Assembly: GCA_963662275.1 (NCBI GenBank)
Contig: OY759316.1
Span: forward strand, 416,001-480,000
Direction of reading: 5' to 3'
Length of the DNA stretch: 64,000 nucleotides
Origin: Candidatus Cloacimonadales bacterium
Lineage (GTDB): Bacteria > Cloacimonadota > Cloacimonadia > Cloacimonadales > DAONDQ01
Below are positions 1 through 9,381 of the stretch, in pieces (position 1 is the stretch's first letter; every line of letters begins with the position of its first letter). The position numbers and the translations under genes are program-made. Under the pieces are notes generated by a model. The model did not search any database, was not told where the DNA came from, and saw only the letters and a program-made list of their open reading frames with translations.

Positions 1-841
1 GCCAGAGGATATTACCCCAGGGATCAGCACCACCTTTGATGATAAAGGTAACATTATCCACATTTCCGTCATTATCATTATCGAGGTTCAATCCGGCAGG
101 TACCTGGTGCTGCTGATCCAGCCAGTTCATGCAGTCGGCAACCAGATGATGCTCTCTCCATGTCCTGGTGAGGTCATTGCTGTACCCGATGGGATTAGTC
201 ACTTCATTATAGGGAGAGTAGTATGCCCTGGAATTTTCTGAAAGATAGGAAACAACATAGACGCCTGATGGGTTGGGAAATAAAGTTGTATTAACCTGTG
301 CCTGGTAATTTGATATTTCCTGGAAGTAAGTTTTCAAAGATTTGGATGTATCGGCGGTAGCATCATCAAATAAATCATGATACCAAGAATAGGTTCTGCT
401 GTGGGAAAACTCTGACTGGTCACTGAAGCGGATGAAGACCACAAGATTATTCAGATAACCGATGTTATTGACTCTTTGACCGCCTTCCACCAATTTCTTG
501 CGAAACTCTTTAGAAACTGCTGTCGCCTTTTCAGTGTTGGGATAGAGATTTGGTGTTAAGCTTTTTGTAAGAGGATTATCCCTTCCAACGATGTAGGATG
601 TTGGCGCAAGGTTTTTCCCTCTTTGTTCAGCATATACGTAATAGCCCGTTGTGGGATTCTGAACGATAGTGTAATTATCTTTATCGAAGACACGACGGCT
701 GAATTCATCACCAGTAATATGGCATTGAATCTTTGAGCCGTCAGGCTGGGTAATCTCAGTTGGAACATCTTTTAAGTATGCGCCGAAGCAAAATGAAAAT
801 ACAGACAGCAAGGCTGCAATAATGCTCAATTTAGTTTTCAT
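1..841 (-). CDS. M6 family metalloprotease domain protein, secreted (partial; runs off the left edge)
   Basis: Not in the ORF track; translated by hand from ATG at 841 (GAGGA RBS): MKTKLSIIAALLSVFSFCFGAYLKDVPTEITQPDGSKIQCHITGDEF...NNLVVFIRFSD...LDNDNDGNVDNVTFIIKG. Signal peptide, QPDG..GDEF pro-region and FIRF/DxDxDGxVD motifs fit M6 proteases. Confidence 0.8.
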   Translation of the reverse strand, partial: MKTKLSIIAALLSVFSFCFGAYLKDVPTEITQPDGSKIQCHITGDEFSRRVFDKDNYTIVQNPTTGYYVYAEQRGKNLAPTSYIVGRDNPLTKSLTPNLYPNTEKATAVSKEFRKKLVEGGQRVNNIGYLNNLVVFIRFSDQSEFSHSRTYSWYHDLFDDATADTSKSLKTYFQEISNYQAQVNTTLFPNPSGVYVVSYLSENSRAYYSPYNEVTNPIGYSNDLTRTWREHHLVADCMNWLDQQHQVPAGLNLDNDNDGNVDNVTFIIKGGADPWGNILW

Positions 842-1014
842 ATCATCCTCTTTTATAGACTATCCTAACAGCAATACATGGAGGGATATTATGCAAATGA
901 GTATTATTGCCATTATGAAATATTAATATAATGATATTAGTGCAGTTGTCAACAAAAAAGAAGCTAGCAGCCTTTAATAAATGAATATGGTTCATTTGTG
1001 GTTCTGATTCAATA

Positions 1015-1061
1015 CCTGACGTTTACACGTTAGCTATGAAATGACACATCTACGATGTTGC
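1015..1061. repeat. Degenerate solo copy of the TnpA-flanking inverted-repeat unit
   Basis: gctatgaaatgacacatctacgatgttgc resembles gctatgttatgctacatctgcgatgttgc at 24981-25009. Confidence 0.55.
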
Positions 1062-1074
1062 AGACCCTTCCGCC

Positions 1075-1108
1075 AATTTTTAATCTTTAATTTTTAATTT
1101 TTAATTCC
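1075..1108. repeat. AT-rich heptamer tandem repeat (aattttt/aatcttt)n
   Basis: Seen directly; a similar run lies at about 27022-27059. Both are just downstream of minus-strand genes. Confidence 0.6.
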
Positions 1109-1116
1109 TCAAGTTA

Positions 1117-1821
1117 CTACTTGAGGAGTATGCTCCATATGATTGCCCAACAAAAGCTGGAGAGGGTACCTACCAGGTAATAATTACTGAAATTGGATTC
1201 CCTGGAGACTTCAGGATAACGGATAATGGATTTCGCAGCAAACAGATAGCCGATGATCTCAAACCTATTGATCAGGACTGCAACCATAATCAGGATACGT
1301 TCCATAATTCCAATAAAAACGCTGGCATATGTATAATCTTTGCTTTCGGGTTCCTGGCTTGAGGGTACAACAGAGGATATGACTTGCTGGGTAAAATAAT
1401 TCCCGCCAAAGAGATTTACAATGACCAGCGAAAGCCAGCGGAAGGATAAAATCTTACCAAATCCGTCCCATACAATAGTATGCATGTAGGTAACATCTTC
1501 CGATAGCCAGGTTACTACTAAAAGAATGAATAAGATATGCAGAGCTTGATCTGTGAGAAATAGCAACCAGTTTAATGTTTTAAATTTAGCAGTAAGAATA
1601 GCCTTCCAATAGTCAAGCGCGATATGCGATAAAACCAGGAATAAAACGCCTATTACTAAGCTCCAACTCAAGAGATCTATACAGACGATGAATGACAAAA
1701 ATCCGTAGATACTAACATGAAGAAGCAGGTTTTTTAATTCGTTCTTACCCTTGACCATTTCATCTGATTGCAGAACGAAATCCGCCAGGAATAGCGCAAA
1801 CAGTAATCGCCACAGGATCAT
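1117..1821 (-). CDS. DUF3307 family membrane protein
   Basis: LADFVLQ, LLLHVSIY, SHIALDYWK, DQALHIL, IGIMER, AAKSIIRY and YYLVGTLSS motifs; multiple TM helices; ATG at 1821 with GGGAGG RBS. Confidence 0.85.
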   Translation of the reverse strand: MILWRLLFALFLADFVLQSDEMVKGKNELKNLLLHVSIYGFLSFIVCIDLLSWSLVIGVLFLVLSHIALDYWKAILTAKFKTLNWLLFLTDQALHILFILLVVTWLSEDVTYMHTIVWDGFGKILSFRWLSLVIVNLFGGNYFTQQVISSVVPSSQEPESKDYTYASVFIGIMERILIMVAVLINRFEIIGYLFAAKSIIRYPEVSRESNFSNYYLVGTLSSFCWAIIWSILLK

Positions 1822-1839
1822 GAATCCCTCCCAATTTGA

Positions 1840-1970
1840 TGTGGAGTAAGATTCCAATCTTACTGAACATCCGACTTTTATTTATTTTGTATCTTTTTAT
1901 TAATTCCATTATTGTTAGATCGATGTCTTGGAACACAACAATGACAGTAAGATCGGAATCTTACTCCACA
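1840..1970. repeat. Inverted REP-like doublet (tgtggagtaagattccratcttactg)
   Basis: 1840-1865 and 1945-1970 are reverse complements (25/26 identical); each is itself a hairpin. Confidence 0.85.
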
Positions 1971-1990
1971 ACAATGGCTGCATCAAACAA

Positions 1991-2096
1991 TTCAACATCT
2001 GGAGGTTGCCAAGAGTATTGTCAACATTCAGATGTTGACGATAACAATGTCAACATTTACATGTTGACAAGTCAACATTCAACTCCTGAGGTTGAA
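1991..2096. repeat. Array of four palindromic units TCAAC-N7/8-GTTG at 29-bp period
   Basis: Units start at 1991, 2020, 2049 and 2078 with 9-bp linkers; the last unit lies inside the 3' end of satD. Confidence 0.85.
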
Positions 2097-2743
2097 TTGA
2101 TGAGTAAGCTTACTAAAAAATTCAAACTCTGCTCAAACTCTGCCCAATTAGCGATGCCTAATAATCTACCTACATTCTGATAGGTAGTTTTTAGCAATTG
2201 AGCAGTTTCTCTAAATGTCTTCCCCTCCAACTGGAGAAGTATAAATTCCCTTTGACGAAGAGTCCAGTTATTCTCAATCGCATCCATAAGTATAAGTATA
2301 TTTTCCAGATAGTCATTCAGCGTTTCATCTTCAGTCGTGATATTCGTAAGTCTTGTCTTTTCGCTTTTCCCTGAAATTGCATTCAATGCCTGTCTTGATC
2401 GATAGTACGCAGAACCATCTGATTCATAACTGGAATTTCCAACTACACTTTTCTCACCAATGCCGATACCACAACGGAAGCGTGGCATGGGTTTCATATC
2501 GAGGAGAGAAGTTTGTAAACGGAAAAAAAGGAGAAATTTATAGGCTAGGGAAGGCTCTTCAAGGCTGAACTGGAATTCATCTCCAGCCGTAACACGAAAG
2601 GACAGGACTTCAGCCTGGGCTTCGGAAAATTGTTTACAGGTTAGATCAAAGAATTTACGAATACACTCCTGTAAAAGGGATCTATCCTTCGCTTCATAAA
2701 AGCGGGAACCTATAATATCGCAGGTTAGAACGACTATCATCAC
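2072..2743 (-). CDS. satD: SatD family protein (nucleotide-cyclase-like palm domain plus C-terminal HTH)
   Basis: TCDIIGSR, AGDEFQ, RCGIGIG and DGSAYYRSR motifs, then WTLRQRE...TFRETAQLLKTTYQNV HTH; usual adjacency to DUF3307. Confidence 0.85.
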   Translation of the reverse strand: MMIVVLTCDIIGSRFYEAKDRSLLQECIRKFFDLTCKQFSEAQAEVLSFRVTAGDEFQFSLEEPSLAYKFLLFFRLQTSLLDMKPMPRFRCGIGIGEKSVVGNSSYESDGSAYYRSRQALNAISGKSEKTRLTNITTEDETLNDYLENILILMDAIENNWTLRQREFILLQLEGKTFRETAQLLKTTYQNVGRLLGIANWAEFEQSLNFLVSLLINSTSGVEC

Positions 2744-2852
2744 TACTCTCCGTTAAATTCTATAAAAAAGTAATTACGAAATGAATAAATCATGTCAAAT
2801 TTTTTCTGTTATTATTCGCATCTCTTTAATCTTAATCTGTTTTTCTATCGCT

Positions 2853-2945
2853 TCACGATATGATTGAGCACATGCTTTTCTTATCTGTTAGCGTATCTGC
2901 TTTCTTTTTCAGTAATTTTGTGAGTACTTCCAGGGTGCTTTCCAT
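2853..2945 (-). other. 30-aa small ORF or pseudogene fragment with strong RBS
   Basis: AAGGAGG-N6-ATG; MESTLEVLTKLLKKKADTLTDKKSMCSIIS*. Confidence 0.35.
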
Positions 2946-3314
2946 GTTTGACCTCCTTATATTCGTATGAAAGATAATATACATTGTAAAATCCAATTCT
3001 GAAGATTTAATGGAGAATTATTCATAATTTATATTTTTATGCCATGTCGGGGTTTTGCCTTCCAGTTTTCATCTAGACTCATTCCATGAATGCAGGGAAT
3101 ATAGATTGACAGTAATTATATGGAAAATATTCTGCAATTAAGTTTGATTTGATTTCAGCAAAGAATTGTATAGACGACAGTAAAAGAATATTCTGCGTTT
3201 AAATCCTGCTCCGATTTGTCTTTTTAGATTGGAAAGCAAGGACTTGGTATCGATACAAACATAGGGTACCAACGATAATGAAACAAACAAGTATTCCTTC
3301 AGCAAGAGGCTAGT

Positions 3315-6300
3315 ATGAATATCTTTAGTAAGGAAGCTTCAGTTCCAAAGCCAAAGTTCAAGTTATCCATTAGAACATTTTTAATCCTTGTGATATCAGT
3401 GATGGTATCAGCACCTGTGCTTATTTCTACATATTTTTCTTTCAGATATGGTGCTAAGTCGACAAAAATCTTAATAATGAATTCCATAGATGTACTCAAT
3501 TCAAACATCCAGGAAGAAATCAGCGATTTTTTTGAGATTCCTGACGAAATAAACAACATGAATCAGAATCTCATACTTGGACATCTTCTTGATGAAAAGA
3601 ATCAATCAGAACTGATGACGTATTTTCACGAACAAATCAAAACACATAATAAAGTAAGCAGCATCACTTTTGCTAACAAAGCTGGTGGAATCGCCAATGC
3701 CGGCATAGATCATGCAAGTAAGCAATACTATGTAATCTATACGGAAAAATTTGAGCGTGGTGTGTTCAATAAATATGCGTTAGATAGTAATGGTAAAATG
3801 ACAGAATTAATCACCCAACTACCCGATTTTGATGCTCGCATCCGTCCATGGTATAAGAATGCCCTAAATCATACAGGGATTGTTTGGAGTGATCCTTACC
3901 TCATGGCAACCGGAAACAATTTGGGTATCAACGCAAGTATGGCAATTAGAGATCATGATAATCAACTGTTGGGTGTTGTATGTGTTGATCTGTTTTTATC
4001 AGATCTCAGCAAGTTTTTAGCACGTTTAGATCTCGGCAAAGGCGCTCAGACGTATATCATGGAAAAATCAGGTATGTTAATCGCATCTTCAAATAATGAC
4101 AAATTGTTTAACCTGGACAGTGAAAATCATATCCATAACAGGATTGACGCATTAGTTTCAGAATCAGAAATAATAAGAACCACTTCCACCCAGCTAAAGA
4201 GAAAATATATAGATTTTAGTAACATCAATCATGATACAAACTTTGATATCACAATTGAAGATGAAGCGTACTTAGTTCAAGTGAAACCATTTAGTGTTAT
4301 CACTAATCAACAATGGTTAATCGTGACAGTTGTCCCCAAAATCACTTATATGGCTAAAGTGTATGCCAACAATCAAATTCTCATATTTATCATGATAATT
4401 ATCCTGATAGTCTCAATTCTGTTTTCCTTAAGATTATCGAGGATGGTCTCACAACCGATTCTGAGTTTGGATAAAAAAGTACGTGCGATATCCCAAGGTG
4501 ACTGGTCGTCTGAACCCATACAATCCCGAATCTTGGAGATAGACGATTTAGCTGTTGAAACTTTCAAAATGAAAACAACAATAAAATCAACCATAGAGGC
4601 ATTGAACAACGAAATTTCGGAACGGAAACAAACTGAAACGATATTACAGGATATCATAGATAACAATCCGATGTCCATTCAAATCGTTGATAAAGAAGGC
4701 TATACAATACAGGTAAATGCTGCACATACTCAGCTTTTCGGATTAGTACCTCCCCCTGACTATTGCCTTTTTAATGATATGTTTATTGAACAACAAGATC
4801 AAAAAGGGTTAATGGAGAGAGCAAAAAAAGGTGAGATTATTCACCTTCCCATCATGTATTACAATATACATAATGTAAATCCTGAATACCCGGATAATCC
4901 CATTTGGGTGAAAGCAGTCATTTTCCCCTTGAATGGGAGTGACGGCAATCCGGAACGCTATGTTTTTATGCATGATGATATTACCAAAATCAAACAAGCT
5001 GAACGCTTAATCATTGAGAATGCAGAACGCTATAAGGTGCTGGCTGAACAAAGTCGTACGATTACCTGGGAAGTGAATGCAGAAGGTCTGTTTACTTATG
5101 TCACACCGGTTATTGAGCAAATATTAGGTTATTCCCCTTCGGAAATTGTAAACAAATTTCACTTTTATGATTTTCATCCAGAAGAGGGTCGTGACTTGTT
5201 TCAATCAGCAGCATTTGAGGTTTTTACCCGAAAGGAATCAATTCAAAATCTGTTAAATGCTGCTCTTTCCAAAACTGGTGAACTTGTCTGGTTTCATACT
5301 AACGTAGTTCCGATCATTGGCAAAGATGGAGAACTATTGGGGTTTAAAGGAAGCAATACTGATATCACTGAACGAATACATATGGAGGAAGAAAACATCC
5401 GAATTCAAAACCAATTTAACCAGTCTCATAAGATGGAACTCCTGGGTCAGCTTGCGGGTGGAGTGGCACATGACTTTAACAATCTGCTTACCGTCATTAT
5501 GGGATATAGTGAGGAACTGAGAAGTAATCTTCCTCCACAAAGTCAGAATCAAAAGGAAGCTGCTGAGATATTCAAGGCTGGCTCTAGAGCAAAGGAACTC
5601 ACTCAACAGCTATTATCTTTCAGCCGAAAACAGGTGATACAAGCCAAGGTGCTGGATTTGAATGCTTTAGTTGCTAATCTGCAGAGCATATTTCTGCGCT
5701 TAATTAAAGAGGATATTCAAATCGTAAGTATTCCGTCAAAGGAAAGTGCTCTAGTGAAAGCAGATCACGGACAGATCGAACAAGTTATCACTAACTTAGT
5801 TTTAAACTCCCGTGATGCGATGCCAAATGGAGGAAAAATAACGATAAGTACTGCTGTTATCGATGACATTACAGCAGTCCTTGAAAACTTTGATCAGGTT
5901 AAACCCGGTAAATATGTGCTTCTTTCAGTATCAGATACCGGATATGGAATGTCTCCAAGTGTACAGAGCAAGATTTTTGAACCTTTCTTTACTACAAAGG
6001 ACAAGGGTAATGGACTAGGTTTGGGGCTTTCGACTGTCTATGGAATCGTTCTGCAATCAGAAGGGCATATTTTTGTGGATAGCGAACAGGGAAAAGGAAC
6101 TACTGTGAAGATATTGTTTCCTATCACAAAGGAAACACTTCCATCAGAACAAGACCCATCAAATGGCAGAGACATGTGTGGTAACGGGGAAAATGTTCTC
6201 ATTGTTGAGGATGAGGAATTACTTGCCAATTTTTTCAAGGAAATGGTTAGCAAGCTTGGCTATAATGTGATTGTGGTTAATAGTGGAACAGAGGCGATTA

Positions 6301-6929
6301 GCAAACTGGAAAACGGATTTAAGCCAGATTTAATTATTACAGATGTGATAATGCCGGGTATGAATGGCAAAGAATTGGCTGACAGGATAAGGCAGATTGT
6401 ACCAGATCAGAAAGTATTGTTTATGTCAGGTTTCACAGATAATATCATTGTCCCTTATGGCGTGCTTGACTACGGCATTCCTTTTATCCAAAAACCATTT
6501 TCGGCAAAAGAGATAGCAGGGAAAATGAAAACATTATTATCTCCACCCCCAAAGCAGAATGGGAATAGTTTCCGAGTTCTTATGCTGGATGATGATGAAA
6601 ATATCTTGTTGCTAGCTAAACGGGCATTCATTAAGCGTGGAAATGAATTTATAGGAGTGTGTAATCTGAAAAATGCCATGCTGGAACTGAGTAAAGGTAA
6701 TTTTGATGTACTACTGATTGATATCAACCTGGTAAGTATGACTGGAATGGAAGCCTTACAGAGTATCAGGGATGCTGGTTATCATATGCCTGCTATTGCG
6801 ATTTCAGGGATGCTCAACCTCAGCCTGGTTACGGAAATGCAGGCTCTGGGAGTGGTAAAGACTATGGAAAAGTCTTCCGATATGATCCCTTTGATTTATG
6901 CTGCCGAAGAGGCTATTAAAGGCAGTTAA
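3315..6929 (+). CDS. Hybrid sensor histidine kinase (Cache-HAMP-2xPAS-HisKA-HATPase-2xREC)
   Basis: Two TM helices, FDARIRPWY Cache motif, AGGVAHDFNN H-box, DTGYGM, FEPFFTTK, GLGLGLS; receivers LIVEDE..ITDVIMPGMNG and LMLDDD..LIDINL. Confidence 0.92.
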   Translation: MNIFSKEASVPKPKFKLSIRTFLILVISVMVSAPVLISTYFSFRYGAKSTKILIMNSIDVLNSNIQEEISDFFEIPDEINNMNQNLILGHLLDEKNQSELMTYFHEQIKTHNKVSSITFANKAGGIANAGIDHASKQYYVIYTEKFERGVFNKYALDSNGKMTELITQLPDFDARIRPWYKNALNHTGIVWSDPYLMATGNNLGINASMAIRDHDNQLLGVVCVDLFLSDLSKFLARLDLGKGAQTYIMEKSGMLIASSNNDKLFNLDSENHIHNRIDALVSESEIIRTTSTQLKRKYIDFSNINHDTNFDITIEDEAYLVQVKPFSVITNQQWLIVTVVPKITYMAKVYANNQILIFIMIIILIVSILFSLRLSRMVSQPILSLDKKVRAISQGDWSSEPIQSRILEIDDLAVETFKMKTTIKSTIEALNNEISERKQTETILQDIIDNNPMSIQIVDKEGYTIQVNAAHTQLFGLVPPPDYCLFNDMFIEQQDQKGLMERAKKGEIIHLPIMYYNIHNVNPEYPDNPIWVKAVIFPLNGSDGNPERYVFMHDDITKIKQAERLIIENAERYKVLAEQSRTITWEVNAEGLFTYVTPVIEQILGYSPSEIVNKFHFYDFHPEEGRDLFQSAAFEVFTRKESIQNLLNAALSKTGELVWFHTNVVPIIGKDGELLGFKGSNTDITERIHMEEENIRIQNQFNQSHKMELLGQLAGGVAHDFNNLLTVIMGYSEELRSNLPPQSQNQKEAAEIFKAGSRAKELTQQLLSFSRKQVIQAKVLDLNALVANLQSIFLRLIKEDIQIVSIPSKESALVKADHGQIEQVITNLVLNSRDAMPNGGKITISTAVIDDITAVLENFDQVKPGKYVLLSVSDTGYGMSPSVQSKIFEPFFTTKDKGNGLGLGLSTVYGIVLQSEGHIFVDSEQGKGTTVKILFPITKETLPSEQDPSNGRDMCGNGENVLIVEDEELLANFFKEMVSKLGYNVIVVNSGTEAISKLENGFKPDLIITDVIMPGMNGKELADRIRQIVPDQKVLFMSGFTDNIIVPYGVLDYGIPFIQKPFSAKEIAGKMKTLLSPPPKQNGNSFRVLMLDDDENILLLAKRAFIKRGNEFIGVCNLKNAMLELSKGNFDVLLIDINLVSMTGMEALQSIRDAGYHMPAIAISGMLNLSLVTEMQALGVVKTMEKSSDMIPLIYAAEEAIKGS

Positions 6930-7289
6930 ATAGAAATATTTGTTCTTAGTATGCTCCTATTTTAGCATCAGCATTTTTTGATCTTGAATTGGTCATGGCA
7001 CTTTACCTGAGAAACAGTCCTAAACAGAATTAGAAAAGAAAGATATATCTCATTGTTCTTTTAGAAGCGTTTTCATTATAATATCCAAAACTGATGTAGT
7101 GTGAAGTAAAGTTTATTTTTTTGGCTAAGTTTTGGAAGATGGTATCGAAAATTTCTTTGACAATTTAAACGCTATTAAGATAAACAATATCATAGTTAGG
7201 ATTGGGATTTTAAATTATTCTAACTAGTGATTAGTACTGTAACTAATTCTGTCCATATAGTTATTATTTGGAAATATAGGAGATAGGTC

Positions 7290-9305
7290 ATGCTTGAACC
7301 AGTCTATAGCAATGCAATGACGATTAATTTACCTAAAGAACTTCCACCCCGAAAGCCTTTTTTACCAGGTTATCGCAGAGCGCCCAGTCGGGGATTTACT
7401 CTCAATGAAAAAGATACTATTCTTGCTCTTCAAAATGTCTTGCGATATATTCCCACTGAATTTCATCAGGAACTGATTCCTGAATTCCTGGAAGAACTAA
7501 CTACAATGGGTCGCATTTACGCCTATCGATTCCGACCTGAAGGCAGGATTTACGGTAAACCAATTGAAGAATATAATGGCATCACGGCAGCCCGTGCCCT
7601 GCAGGTTAATATCGATAATAATCTAGATTTTGAGATTGCTTTATATCCTTATGAACTTGTTACTTATGGTGAAACGGGACAAGTCTGCCAAAACTGGATT
7701 CAATATCAGCTCATAAAAAAATATCTCGAGGTAATGTCAGAAGACCAGACACTAGTCGTCTCCTCAGGGCATCCTCTAGGTCTGTTTCCTTCCCGTCCCG
7801 AATCTCCCCGCGTCATATCTACGAACGGGTTAATTATTGGGAAATGGGATAATCCGGAAGACTTCAAGCGCCTTACTGCCCTTGGTGTTACAAATTATGG
7901 TCAAATGACTGCCGGCGGTTGGATGTATATCGGTCCACAAGGCATTGTTCACGGTACTTATTTAACTTTACTGAATGCCGGAAGACTTTACCTGGGTATT
8001 CCAGATGATCAGGATTTGGCTGGAAGAACCTTTATATCATCAGGTTTAGGAGGGATGTCAGGTGCTCAGTCCAAAGCGATAGAAATTGCGGGTGGTGTCG
8101 GTGTTATAGCAGAAGTGGATATCAGCCGGATTGAAACCAGGCAGAAACAAGGCTGGGTGAAACTGGTTTCTGATGAAATTCCTCAAATTCTTACCTGGAT
8201 GAATGAGTATGTGCAAAAGCGAGAAGCTGTCTCCATTGCTTATCACGGTAACATTGTTGATTTACTGGAATACATAGATGAATACAATATCCAAGTTGAT
8301 CTTATCTCTGACCAGACATCCTGCCATGTGGTTTATGAAGGCGGGTACATTCCGGTTGGACTGGATTTCGAAGAAGCCCGCAAGATGTTAATTAAAGAAC
8401 CTGTAGCATTCAAATCATTTGTGGATGAATCTCTTCACAGGCAATTCAAAGTACTGAAATCCCTCACAGCACAAGGTGCTCATTTCTGGGATTATGGCAA
8501 CAACTTCCTGGCGTCCGTTTTTGAAGTGGGAATTACAGCCATAGCCAAGAATGGCATGAATACACTGGATGGATTTATTTGGCCTTCCTATGTGGAAGAT
8601 ATCATGGGTCCGATTTGCTTTGACTATGGATATGGACCATTCCGCTGGATTTGCTTAACGGGAAAGATCGAAGATCTTAGGAAAACTGACCAAGCGGCAA
8701 TGGACTGTATCGATCCGAAAAGAAATCCGCAGGATCGGGATAACTATCATTGGATTGCAACCGCAGAAAAAAATCAATTGGTTGTGGGTACAAAAGCTCG
8801 TATATTATATGCAGACGAAGAGGGCAGGATTCGAATTGCCCTCAAATTTAACGAAATGGTACAAAAGGGTGAAATCGGACCCGTTATGCTGGGTCGAGAT
8901 CATCATGATGTATCCGGTACAGATTCACCCTTCAGGGAAACAGCAAACATTCATGACGGAAGCAATCTCACAGCCGATATGGCGGTTCAATGTTTTGCCG
9001 GAAATATTGCCAGGGGCATGACATTAGTTGTCCTATCAAATGGGGGAGGGGTTGGTATCGGTCGGTCATTCAATGGTGGAAATGGTATTGTTTTAGACGG
9101 TTCAGTACGAATAAATGATGTCCTTACCAGTGGTTTATCTTGGGATGTGATGGGTGGAGTGGCTCGACGCAGTTGGGCGCGTAATGAGAATGCCATGAAA
9201 ACTTCAGTCACTTGGAACAGAGATCATAAAAATGGGCAAATTACTATACCTTTCATTGTGAAGGAAGGTTTGTTAGAAGAGATTGTACATCAGTATTTTG
9301 AATGA
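7290..9305 (+). CDS. hutU: Urocanate hydratase (long ~670-aa form)
   Basis: YGQMTAGGWMYIGPQGIVHGT, GLGGMSGAQ, SDQTSCH, GRDHHDVSGTDSPFRET. Confidence 0.95.
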   Translation: MLEPVYSNAMTINLPKELPPRKPFLPGYRRAPSRGFTLNEKDTILALQNVLRYIPTEFHQELIPEFLEELTTMGRIYAYRFRPEGRIYGKPIEEYNGITAARALQVNIDNNLDFEIALYPYELVTYGETGQVCQNWIQYQLIKKYLEVMSEDQTLVVSSGHPLGLFPSRPESPRVISTNGLIIGKWDNPEDFKRLTALGVTNYGQMTAGGWMYIGPQGIVHGTYLTLLNAGRLYLGIPDDQDLAGRTFISSGLGGMSGAQSKAIEIAGGVGVIAEVDISRIETRQKQGWVKLVSDEIPQILTWMNEYVQKREAVSIAYHGNIVDLLEYIDEYNIQVDLISDQTSCHVVYEGGYIPVGLDFEEARKMLIKEPVAFKSFVDESLHRQFKVLKSLTAQGAHFWDYGNNFLASVFEVGITAIAKNGMNTLDGFIWPSYVEDIMGPICFDYGYGPFRWICLTGKIEDLRKTDQAAMDCIDPKRNPQDRDNYHWIATAEKNQLVVGTKARILYADEEGRIRIALKFNEMVQKGEIGPVMLGRDHHDVSGTDSPFRETANIHDGSNLTADMAVQCFAGNIARGMTLVVLSNGGGVGIGRSFNGGNGIVLDGSVRINDVLTSGLSWDVMGGVARRSWARNENAMKTSVTWNRDHKNGQITIPFIVKEGLLEEIVHQYFE

Positions 9306-9309
9306 TAAT

Positions 9310-9358
9310 GGGATGCCAAATTCCGATTTAGCGAGTGGCAAATCGGAGTTCGCTACCC
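9310..9358. repeat. Intergenic imperfect hairpin (REP-like or terminator)
   Basis: gggatgccaaattccgattt...aaatcggagttcgctaccc; related gattgccaaattccaatttggcaatc at about 42536-42561. Confidence 0.5.
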
Positions 9359-9381
9359 CTTTCATTTAATGGGAGAAGCTT

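Noticed and set aside
556..768. 70-aa ORF from the track
   Set aside because: Out-of-frame shadow within the real M6 protease gene (1-841).
1991..2096. Mini CRISPR array
   Set aside because: Linkers are only 9 bp, units vary in their centres, and no cas genes are nearby.
1836..2180. 114-aa plus-strand ORF over the repeat region
   Set aside because: No RBS or recognisable domain, and it overlaps satD antisense; likely a by-product of the repeats.
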